Positions 10,251 to 18,514 of a stretch of 64,000 bases of DNA are shown here, one piece after another. The notes under the pieces are model-generated. The model had not been told where the DNA came from and ran no database searches. It was given only the letters and a program-made list of their open reading frames with translations. Each line of letters begins with the position of its first letter. Position 1 is the stretch's first letter. Both the position numbers and the translations under genes were made by a program. Source of the stretch: Chloroflexota bacterium (GTDB taxonomy: Bacteria; Chloroflexota; Anaerolineae; Anaerolineales; UBA11579); contig JABFGG010000003.1 in assembly GCA_013112575.1 (NCBI GenBank), positions 324,997-388,996 of the forward strand. The letters run 5' to 3'.

Positions 10251-10323
10251 CGCACCCGGAGGGACTCGAACCCCCAACCTACTGATTCGAAGTCAGGCGC
10301 TCTATCCATTGAGCTACGGGTGC
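10251..10323 (-). tRNA. tRNA-Arg(TCG), CCA not encoded
   Basis: GCACCCG acceptor stem, TAGCTCAATGGATAGAGC D-arm, CTGA-CTTCGAA-TCAG anticodon arm, GGTTCGAGTCC T-arm. Confidence 0.95.
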
Positions 10324-10354
10324 GGGTACCCAATTGTACCGCCTATACAGTGAA

Positions 10355-11347
10355 TTATTCTGGTTTTTGTAAAGCTCTTGTTTCTGAGGTTTTATTTAGA
10401 AAACCGAGTACTTCATCTAATTTGGCAAAGGCCAAAGCGGTGACCGTGTCAGCTCCGCCATAATAAATCGCAATGCGGCCGGTAGGCTCATCGTAGAGTG
10501 CGGCACAAGGGAAAGCTACATTGGGCACATCGCCTACACACTCGTAATTGGTTTGAGGGGAGAGCAGGTAGGGGCCGCCACGATGAATTACTTTCCAGGG
10601 TTCATCAAGATCAAGCAAGGCTGCACCGAAGCTGTATACGAAGCCATTGCATGAAGTCAGCACCCCGTGATAGATCAACAACCAGCCCTCTGGCGTTTCA
10701 ATTGGAATCGGCCCGGCCCCAATTTTTGTGCTTTCCCAGCCGCGCGTTACTCCCATGACAAAACGGTGCTTGCCCCAGTGAACCATATCGGGGCTTTGAC
10801 TCAGGTAGATGTCGCCAAACGGGGTGTGTCCGTTATCGCTGGGGCGGCTGAGCATTACATAGCTATCGTTGATCTTACGCGGAAAGAGCACCCCATTGCG
10901 ATTGAAGGGGAGTAGCGCATTTTCGAGAAAGGTGAATTTTTCAAAATCGTAGGTGTAGCCAATGCCAATCGTAGGGCCGTGATAGCCGTTGCACCAGCTG
11001 ATATAGAAACGGTCCTCGATCCAGACCACGCGAGGGTCGTAACGATGTTCGAAACGGCTTAGTTCCGAATCAGCAAACTCCCATTGGATGGGGGCGTCTT
11101 CAATTTGCCAATCAATACCATTATCGCTAAAGCCACGATGGATATTCATCTCGCGCTTTTTATTGTCACAGCGGAATACCCCTGCAAATTTGCCTTGAAA
11201 GGGCACCACAGCGCTATTAAAGATACTGTTGGAGGAGGGGATCAGATCTCGCGGGATGATGGGGTTGGCCGTATAGCGCCAAACCACGTCCGCAGAATCC
11301 GCCGGTCGGTCTTCCCAGGGGATATTTGGCAGAGAGCTGGTGGTCAT
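10355..11347 (-). CDS. GH130 beta-mannoside phosphorylase (UhgbMP/RaMP2-like)
   Basis: [50 protein letters not shown]; start chosen at the ATG behind AAGGAG. Confidence 0.92.
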   Translation of the reverse strand: MTTSSLPNIPWEDRPADSADVVWRYTANPIIPRDLIPSSNSIFNSAVVPFQGKFAGVFRCDNKKREMNIHRGFSDNGIDWQIEDAPIQWEFADSELSRFEHRYDPRVVWIEDRFYISWCNGYHGPTIGIGYTYDFEKFTFLENALLPFNRNGVLFPRKINDSYVMLSRPSDNGHTPFGDIYLSQSPDMVHWGKHRFVMGVTRGWESTKIGAGPIPIETPEGWLLIYHGVLTSCNGFVYSFGAALLDLDEPWKVIHRGGPYLLSPQTNYECVGDVPNVAFPCAALYDEPTGRIAIYYGGADTVTALAFAKLDEVLGFLNKTSETRALQKPE

Positions 11348-11385
11348 AAGGCTTGAAGCTCCTTTATACATTTTTCAGAAAGTAG

Positions 11386-11414
11386 TTGACCCATCATTTG
11401 AAAGTGTGTATAAT
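11386..11414 (+). promoter_or_regulatory. Sigma70-type promoter of lacI
   Basis: TTGACC-17 bp-TATAAT with extended TG. Confidence 0.8.
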
Positions 11415-11420
11415 GAATTC

Positions 11421-11444
11421 AATTATGAGAGCGCTCCCATAATT
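11421..11444. promoter_or_regulatory. LacI operator (CelR/CebR-box-like)
   Basis: AATTATGAGAGCGCTCCCATAATT near-perfect palindrome; core is one mismatch from TGGGAGCGCTCCCA. Confidence 0.8.
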
Positions 11445-11518
11445 ATAACAGATTCTTAACAAAACACGGCAAAATTAGCATCTAAACCAAGATATTGATT
11501 AATTTTGAGTGAAAGTAG

Positions 11519-12574
11519 ATGAGAGCGGTACCAGAACAGGAACAAACTGCGGCAAGCCTGACCCTTGAAGATATTGCCAAATTGGCGGGTGTATCCCGTT
11601 CTACTGTCTCTCGTGTGGTCAACGAGCAGCCCAATGTGCGTAATGACGTTCGCCAGCGTGTTCTGGATGTTATTCAAACTACCGGCTACCAGCCCAATGC
11701 CGCGGCCCGGGCGCTTGCTTCACAACGTTCCTGGACTCTGGGCATGATATTGCCTCACAGTGTCAGCTTTTTCTTTACCGACCCCTATTACCCCCATCTA
11801 ACAAAAGGCATAGCCCAGGCTTGCAACCAACACGACTATACTTTGGCCTTTTTCCTTGTTGGATCCAAAGAAGATGAGGAGAAGATCTTTCCGCGGGTTT
11901 CAAGACGCGGCTTGCTTGATGGCGTGTTGGTGCAATCAGGACACCATGGTGACCAAGAGATCATCTCTCATTTATTGGATGCCAACATACCCCTGGTGGT
12001 CGTTGGCCGTCCATTCCGCTATGATAATGTTAGCTATATCGATATTGATAACGTGAATGCCTCATTTAATGCGGTTGGCCATCTTATGCGTCTCGGATAT
12101 CAACGAATTGGGACAATCACAGGCCCACCCAATAGTACGGTAGGTATCGACCGCAAAAAGGGTTACCTGAAAGCTTTAACGGAGAGAGGCCGGGAAATCG
12201 ATGAAGCTTTGATCGTGGAAGGGGATTTTACTGAAACGGGTGGGTATTATGCCATGCAAAAGTTGTTGAGCTCCAAACCTGATGCAGTCTTTGCTGCTTC
12301 GGACATCATGGCCATTGGCGCGATGCGCGCCGTGCGCGATGCCGGTCTGGCCATTCCCGATGACATCGCGTTTGTTGGCTTTGACGACCTGCCCATTGCT
12401 ACTTTTTCAGACGCAAAATTGACCACCATGCGCCAATCGGTCGTGGAATTTGGCGAAAAATCCGTTGAGCTATTGATCGATCTTATCGAAAATGGTTCAC
12501 AAACACCCCATCACATCATCTTGGATACGGAACTTGTCATCCGCGATACCTGTGGCGCCAAGAAAAGAAATTAG
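11519..12574 (+). CDS. LacI-family transcriptional regulator
   Basis: TLEDIAKLAGVSRSTVSRVVN HTH, YQPNAAARAL, VGFDD. Confidence 0.96.
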   Translation: MRAVPEQEQTAASLTLEDIAKLAGVSRSTVSRVVNEQPNVRNDVRQRVLDVIQTTGYQPNAAARALASQRSWTLGMILPHSVSFFFTDPYYPHLTKGIAQACNQHDYTLAFFLVGSKEDEEKIFPRVSRRGLLDGVLVQSGHHGDQEIISHLLDANIPLVVVGRPFRYDNVSYIDIDNVNASFNAVGHLMRLGYQRIGTITGPPNSTVGIDRKKGYLKALTERGREIDEALIVEGDFTETGGYYAMQKLLSSKPDAVFAASDIMAIGAMRAVRDAGLAIPDDIAFVGFDDLPIATFSDAKLTTMRQSVVEFGEKSVELLIDLIENGSQTPHHIILDTELVIRDTCGAKKRN

Positions 12575-12798
12575 GGAAATGGACAATCAGTTATTGGTTT
12601 TTCATCAAGTGAATTATCAGAAATCTGTAATTATGGAGGTGATACAGCGTATTGAAAACTAACTGTTGTTCTTCCAAAAAGTGACGTCCGGTACAAAAAA
12701 TGATACCGGACGCCATTTAAAGAGGAAACCTGCCATCTTTATCAGGGAGAAGCAGGCTTCCTTCTCTGAAATATACCATAAGCAAAAGGAGCACGAAG

Positions 12799-14604
12799 AT
12801 GAAACGCTTGTCAGTTGTTTTGTCGATTCTTGTCGTAGTCAGCATGCTTTTCGCTGCCTGCACTACAGCACCGCCAGAAGAGCCTGCTGTAGAAGAACCG
12901 GCTGTTGAAGAACCCGTTGAGGAGCCTGTGGAAGAGCCCATGGAAGAACCCATGGAGGAACCTGCAGCTGATATTCCTACGGAATATCCTCGCAATGAAA
13001 CACTGTATGTCAGTGGCGCGGCCTGGGGCCCTGCTTCGACTTGGAATCCCTTCCAGCCTGGCAGCCTGGCTAACACAACAGGAACCATTGGTTACGTATA
13101 TGAATTCCTGTATGCCTTTGACCCGCAGACTGGTGAGTTGACCCCCTGGCTTGCAGAAGATGGCGCCTGGACTGACGATTTCACCTTTGAAGTCACCTTG
13201 CGCGAAGGCCTTACCTGGAGTGATGGCGAAGCCCTAACTGCTGAAGATGTAGCCTTCACCTTTGAACTGGGGAACCAGTACGAAGCCCTTTGGTTTAGCC
13301 CCATGTGGCGTTATATGGAAAGTGCCACCGCTGTCAGTGATACAGTCGTGCAATTCACATTCACTGACGACCCCCTCTACCAGGAATTCTCAAACAACCT
13401 CTACAATATCCCCATTGTCCCAGAGCACATTTGGGCCGATAAATCAGAAGAGGATATCACCGTTGGGGCGAATGAAGAACCTGTCGGCTCAGGCGCTTAC
13501 ATGTACCTGACCAACGCCGAAGATCGAAACGTTTGGGTCCGCAATGATGCCTGGTGGGGTCAGGATGTGTTCGGTACGCCCGCACCCAAGTACATTGTTG
13601 ATATTCGCACCTCGAGCAACAGCGTTGCCCTGGGCATGGTTCTCAAGGGCGAGCTTGACCTCAGTAACAACTTCCTTCCGGGTGTGGCAGAACTGGCTGA
13701 AAAAGGTTACGTCTCCACCTACTTCGAAGGCCCACCTTATATGCTTTCTGCCAATACGGCAGTACTGTTCTTGAACACGACTCAGCAACCCATGGATGAT
13801 GCCGGATTCCGCAAGGCACTTGCTTTTGCCATCGACGTTCCATCTATCGTGAACATTGCTTATGCTCAACTGGTCGCAGCCTCCAACCCGACCGGCTTGT
13901 TACCCTCCTTGAGTGATTTCTCGGATCAAGCCGTAGTTGATGAGCTTGGATACAGCTTCGATACAGAACAAGCCAAGCAGCTGCTTGCTGATGCTGGATA
14001 TGTGGATCTTGACGGTGATGGCTTTGTTGAGGCTCCCGATGGTTCCACCATTGAACTCCAGGTCACCTGCCCGAATGGCTGGACCGACTGGATGGCAGCC
14101 ATTGATATCATCGCCTCCAGTGCCCAGGAAGCTGGTATCAATATCCAATCTTCCTATCCTGACTATGGCGCCTGGAACACCGAGTTGCAGGGGGGGACCT
14201 TCAATATGACCCTGAACAACTGGGCTGCTATGAGTAATACACCGTGGACCCTGTACAATCTCTTGTTCAGGCATCCCATTCAAGATCAGATGCAGAGTGG
14301 TAACTTCGGCCGCTACGATAGCCAGGAGCTTTTTGACCTGGTAGATGCCCTTGCCAGGGTACCCGCTGACGATATTGAAGGCATGCAGGCGATTACCTCA
14401 CAGATTCAGGAGCTCATGCTTACAGAAGTACCCATGATTCCACTTTGGTACAACGGCATGTGGTCACAGTGGAGTGAATCGACCTGGACGGGTTGGCCGG
14501 ATGAAACATCCGCAACACCCACCCTGCCCACAACGTGGTCAGGGTACTGGCAACTGGGCGGTTTGCTTACGCTCATTAATCTGGAACCAGTTGCAGTTGA
14601 GTAG
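12799..14604 (+). CDS. ABC family-5 (Opp/Dpp-type) solute-binding lipoprotein, probably for oligosaccharides
   Basis: Lipobox FAAC, EEP-repeat linker, LREGLTWSDGEALTAEDVAFTF, GWTDW; glycosidase context. Confidence 0.9.
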   Translation: MKRLSVVLSILVVVSMLFAACTTAPPEEPAVEEPAVEEPVEEPVEEPMEEPMEEPAADIPTEYPRNETLYVSGAAWGPASTWNPFQPGSLANTTGTIGYVYEFLYAFDPQTGELTPWLAEDGAWTDDFTFEVTLREGLTWSDGEALTAEDVAFTFELGNQYEALWFSPMWRYMESATAVSDTVVQFTFTDDPLYQEFSNNLYNIPIVPEHIWADKSEEDITVGANEEPVGSGAYMYLTNAEDRNVWVRNDAWWGQDVFGTPAPKYIVDIRTSSNSVALGMVLKGELDLSNNFLPGVAELAEKGYVSTYFEGPPYMLSANTAVLFLNTTQQPMDDAGFRKALAFAIDVPSIVNIAYAQLVAASNPTGLLPSLSDFSDQAVVDELGYSFDTEQAKQLLADAGYVDLDGDGFVEAPDGSTIELQVTCPNGWTDWMAAIDIIASSAQEAGINIQSSYPDYGAWNTELQGGTFNMTLNNWAAMSNTPWTLYNLLFRHPIQDQMQSGNFGRYDSQELFDLVDALARVPADDIEGMQAITSQIQELMLTEVPMIPLWYNGMWSQWSESTWTGWPDETSATPTLPTTWSGYWQLGGLLTLINLEPVAVE

Positions 14605-14632
14605 ATTGGAACTGGTTAGTTAGACTGTAAAC

Positions 14633-14660
14633 CCGCCCCTCCTCTTTGGGGGAGGGGCGG
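14633..14660. repeat. GC hairpin (REP-like or mRNA stabiliser) after the SBP gene
   Basis: CCGCCCCTCCTC-TTTG-GGGGAGGGGCGG. Confidence 0.7.
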
Positions 14661-14692
14661 TCTGTCGAAGCTATACTGGATAAGGAGCAAGT

Positions 14693-15685
14693 GTGAAACG
14701 GTACTTTGGACGAAAGCTTTTAATTTATCTCCTGACCTTTTTTCTGGCCGTCACCATAGATTGGATGATCCCGCGCTTCATGCCGGGTGACCCTGTTTCG
14801 AATATGTTGACCAGAACCTCTGTGAATAGTAATGCATACGAGGTGATGTACGACTATTATTCGCATGTCTTTGGCCTGGACGTCCCCGTATGGCAGCAAT
14901 ATCTCAATTTCTGGGCTTCCCTTTTCCGGGGCGACCTCGGGATAAGCACATACCTTTTCCCAACCCCGGTGACTGAGGTGCTCTTACGGGCTGTCCCCTA
15001 TGACATTGCTCTACTGGTGCCCGCCATTCTCGTGGGTTGGTATGCAGGAAATAAATTTGGCGCTTTCGCGGCCAGATCCAAGTGGCTTGACAATACCATT
15101 TCCCCCCTCGGCTATATCCTCACGGCAACTCCTTATATGTGGCTTGGCATCCTGCTGGCCTGGTTCCTGGGGATTGTTGTAGGTATCTTTCCCATTGCGG
15201 GTGCTTATAGCTTTTCCTTAGCACCCAGCTTCTCCTGGAAATTCATCGGAAGTGTCCTTCACCACTGGTTCTTACCTTTTGTTTCGCTCCTGCTGGTCGA
15301 ATTTGGTGGGTGGGCCATTGGCATGCGCAACTTGATCATTTACGAGCTTGAAGCCGATTATTCTAAATATCTTCAATCGCTGGGGGCTACCAACAAATTG
15401 ATCCGCAATTATGCTTTTAATAATGCAGTCCTCCCTCAAATTACTGGGCTGGCCCTGAAGCTGGGTGTTATCGTGGCCGGCGCTCTGGTAACTGAAGTTG
15501 TGTTCTCCTATCCTGGGATCGGTTACCTGCTGCTGCAGGCCATACAAAATCAGGATTACTTCCTGATCCAGGGCTGTTTCCTTTTTATCATCATAGGTGT
15601 TCTATTGGCGAACTTCATCATTGACATCTTGTACATCATCGTTGATCCAAGAACGCGACGCGGCATGATGGGGGAAGCTTCATGA
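14693..15685 (+). CDS. ABC permease (OppB/DppB-like)
   Basis: PRFMPGDP, GDLGIS, EVVFSYPGIG, IVDPR. Confidence 0.93.
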   Translation: MKRYFGRKLLIYLLTFFLAVTIDWMIPRFMPGDPVSNMLTRTSVNSNAYEVMYDYYSHVFGLDVPVWQQYLNFWASLFRGDLGISTYLFPTPVTEVLLRAVPYDIALLVPAILVGWYAGNKFGAFAARSKWLDNTISPLGYILTATPYMWLGILLAWFLGIVVGIFPIAGAYSFSLAPSFSWKFIGSVLHHWFLPFVSLLLVEFGGWAIGMRNLIIYELEADYSKYLQSLGATNKLIRNYAFNNAVLPQITGLALKLGVIVAGALVTEVVFSYPGIGYLLLQAIQNQDYFLIQGCFLFIIIGVLLANFIIDILYIIVDPRTRRGMMGEAS

Positions 15686-16542
15686 AGAAAGAAAAGAAGC
15701 AAAACGAACTGATCTATTTTGCATTCAGAAATGTGAAGTTGATCATCGGTTTGGCTATCATTTTATTCTTCCTGGTGCTCGCAGTTATTGGGCCAATGCT
15801 TACGGACAATGACCCCTTTGATTTTGTAAATCCTTTGGGCGCACAACCGCCATCTTCTGAATACTGGTTTGGAACTACATTCTTTGGGCAAGATGTGTTC
15901 TCACAGTTTGTACATGGCCTGCGGGCAACTTTTATTGTGGGTCTCTTTGGTGGTGGTCTCGGCACCCTTATCGGCATCCTGATCGGCTTTGTTGCAGGTT
16001 ATCGCGGCGGCATTGTAGATGAAATACTTAATGTACTCACGAATATCGTTCTGGTGATCCCAACCCTGGCTGTGCTGCTCATCATCGCTGCATATCTTGA
16101 AGTCCGTAGCATCTTTACGGAACTTATCTTTATCGGATTTACTGCCTGGCCCTGGACGGCGAGAGCCATCCGTGCGCAAACTTTTTCTTTACGCACCAGG
16201 GAGTTCGTTGACCTTGCCAAGCTAAGCGGCATGAAACCTCTCAGGATCATCTTCACAGAAATTGCACCGAACATGATGTCGTACCTGTTGCTAGTCTTCA
16301 TTCTTCAATTCGGGGGCGCAATTCTGATCGCGGCTACATTGGACTTCATCGGGCTTGGCCCCACCAACGCCATTTCCCTTGGGCTTATGATGCAATTTTC
16401 GGTCATCTGGGGGGCTATGCAGCTTGGAACCTGGTGGTGGTTTATCCCACCGGGCCTGGCCATTACAGCCATTGTAGGGGCCTTATACATTATGAATGTT
16501 GGTTTAGACGAAGTCTTTAATCCCAAACTCAGGGAGATGTGA
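15682..16542 (+). CDS. ABC permease (OppC/DppC-like)
   Basis: FGT..GQDVFSQ, REFVDLAKLSG, WWWFIPPG, FNPKLR. Confidence 0.93.
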   Translation: MKKEKKQNELIYFAFRNVKLIIGLAIILFFLVLAVIGPMLTDNDPFDFVNPLGAQPPSSEYWFGTTFFGQDVFSQFVHGLRATFIVGLFGGGLGTLIGILIGFVAGYRGGIVDEILNVLTNIVLVIPTLAVLLIIAAYLEVRSIFTELIFIGFTAWPWTARAIRAQTFSLRTREFVDLAKLSGMKPLRIIFTEIAPNMMSYLLLVFILQFGGAILIAATLDFIGLGPTNAISLGLMMQFSVIWGAMQLGTWWWFIPPGLAITAIVGALYIMNVGLDEVFNPKLREM

Positions 16543-16545
16543 GCG

Positions 16546-17508
16546 GTGAGCCTAAAAGTTGAGAATCTAACGGTTTATTACCAAACCCTGAGAGGCGATG
16601 TACAGGCATTGGAAGATGTCAGCTTTGAGATTGCGGATGGCGAGATCATGGGCCTGGCGGGTGAATCCGGCTGTGGTAAAACCACCCTTGCGCATAGTCT
16701 GATTTATCTATCCCCACCGATGAAATACGTGAAAGGGTCGGTGCAGTTGGATGGCCGAAATCTGCCGGTCGAACGGATGCAGGATATGGTCAGCTTCAGG
16801 TGCAATGATATCTCGATCATTCCCCAATACGCTATGAATGCCCTCAATCCAATTCGGAAGATCGGTAAGATGATCGAAGAGTTGGTGGAAGCAAAGAAGA
16901 TGGATTTCGAGGCAATCAAGCCGGAGCTGTTGCGAAGATTGGATCTCGTCAAGCTTCCGCGTGAAGTTTTAGATATGTATCCAATTGAACTTTCCGGCGG
17001 CATGAAACAAAGAATGGTGATGGTGATCTCTACAATACTGAACCCTTCGCTGCTGATTGCTGATGAAGTCACATCTGCCCTTGACGTAGCCAGCCAGAAA
17101 GCTGTCGCCGAAATGCTAGTCGAATTCCGTGACCAGGATTGTACGAACAGTATGATCGTCGTCACACACGATATTTCTATTCTTTATCAGATCGCAGACA
17201 GCATCATGATCATGTATGCGGGACAACTGGCCGAGAAGGCCTCCACCAAGACCATTATCAATTCACCCCGCCACCCTTACACCAAAATGCTGATTTCCTC
17301 CTTGCCGGAGATCGGTGTGAAATATACCGACAAACGATTGGAAGGCATTCCCGGGAAGCCACCGCTTTTGCTTGATCCCCCCATAGGATGCCGTTTCCGC
17401 GAGCGCTGCCCCCTGGCCTTTGATAAATGTGAGGAAGTGCCTCCATTCATTGAAATAGAAGAGAACCACTTCGTAGCCTGCTGGAAGGAGACGGAAGACC
17501 TTGCTTAA
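16546..17508 (+). CDS. ABC ATPase (OppD-like)
   Basis: GESGCGKT, LSGGMKQR, IADE, HPYT, C-terminal Cys cluster. Confidence 0.95.
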   Translation: MSLKVENLTVYYQTLRGDVQALEDVSFEIADGEIMGLAGESGCGKTTLAHSLIYLSPPMKYVKGSVQLDGRNLPVERMQDMVSFRCNDISIIPQYAMNALNPIRKIGKMIEELVEAKKMDFEAIKPELLRRLDLVKLPREVLDMYPIELSGGMKQRMVMVISTILNPSLLIADEVTSALDVASQKAVAEMLVEFRDQDCTNSMIVVTHDISILYQIADSIMIMYAGQLAEKASTKTIINSPRHPYTKMLISSLPEIGVKYTDKRLEGIPGKPPLLLDPPIGCRFRERCPLAFDKCEEVPPFIEIEENHFVACWKETEDLA

Positions 17509-18451
17509 ACTCGATAAAGTAACCAAGACCTACCGAATAGGGACCTTCGGCTCTAAGGAACTCCATGCCGTAAGCGATGTGAGTTTCGATATCAAGGATG
17601 GCGAGGTTGTATCCCTGATTGGCGAGAGTGGCAGTGGGAAGACCACCATCGGCAAAATGGTCCTGCATCTCACCCCCATTTCATCTGGAACGATTCTGTT
17701 GGATGAGACGGATGTATCTGCGCTGAAGGAAGACGAAGAAAAAGAGTACTATCGCACGGTTCAAGGGGTTTTCCAGGACCCTTTCAGTTCTTATAACCCG
17801 ATCTTCAAGGCCGACCGTATCTTCGAGATCATTCATGATATCTTCTATCCCGATGTTGATGAAGAAGCATGGAAGGAGAAGGTGCATAAGGCCTTGAAGG
17901 ATGTTGGCCTGAACCCCGAACATGTTCTGGATAAGTTTCCACACCAACTCAGCGGTGGACAGCTACAACGATTTTTGATTGCCCGTGCACTATTGCTGGA
18001 TATCAAATTCCTGGTGGCTGATGAGATCATCAGCATGTTGGATGCATCCACGCGAATCGATGTCCTCAATCTGCTGGCCGAACTGAAGAAAAAAGGGCTT
18101 TCAATCCTTTTTATTACCCACGATCTGTCGCTTGCAAATTATATTAGTGAGCGCGCCGTGATCCTTTATCGTGGCTGTATTGCAGAAATGGGCACAACCG
18201 AAAAGATATTTAACAGCCCACGCCATCCATATACCCAAATGCTGATCGCTTCGGTTCCGCGCCTCGACCAAAAATGGGACAAAGCGGTTACTATTGAGGA
18301 GAACAGCGATCCGATTGGCTATGAGGACGGTTGCGTTTATTATGGTCGCTGTCCACTTGCATACGAGAAGTGCAGAGAACGACCTGTTCCGGTCGAGATC
18401 GATACAGATCATTTTGTAGCTTGCTGGAAAGTGACTGACCCGCATACATAG
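17501..18451 (+). CDS. ABC ATPase (OppF-like)
   Basis: GESGSGKT, LSGGQLQR, VADE, HPYT. Confidence 0.95.
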   Translation: MLKLDKVTKTYRIGTFGSKELHAVSDVSFDIKDGEVVSLIGESGSGKTTIGKMVLHLTPISSGTILLDETDVSALKEDEEKEYYRTVQGVFQDPFSSYNPIFKADRIFEIIHDIFYPDVDEEAWKEKVHKALKDVGLNPEHVLDKFPHQLSGGQLQRFLIARALLLDIKFLVADEIISMLDASTRIDVLNLLAELKKKGLSILFITHDLSLANYISERAVILYRGCIAEMGTTEKIFNSPRHPYTQMLIASVPRLDQKWDKAVTIEENSDPIGYEDGCVYYGRCPLAYEKCRERPVPVEIDTDHFVACWKVTDPHT

Positions 18452-18514
18452 AAAGATCAATCTTGTGCATTAGGGTTGGGAAGGCACTAACATTGTCAAT
18501 TTTACGGAGCCTAT

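Larger units (their letters stand above)
8176..10293. mobile_element. Decayed tRNA-Arg-integrated element (genomic island remnant)
   Basis: 22-bp exact direct repeat ccccaacctactgattcgaagt at 8176-8197 and 10272-10293 (inside the tRNA); encloses an integrase fragment and AT-rich broken ORFs. Confidence 0.8.
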
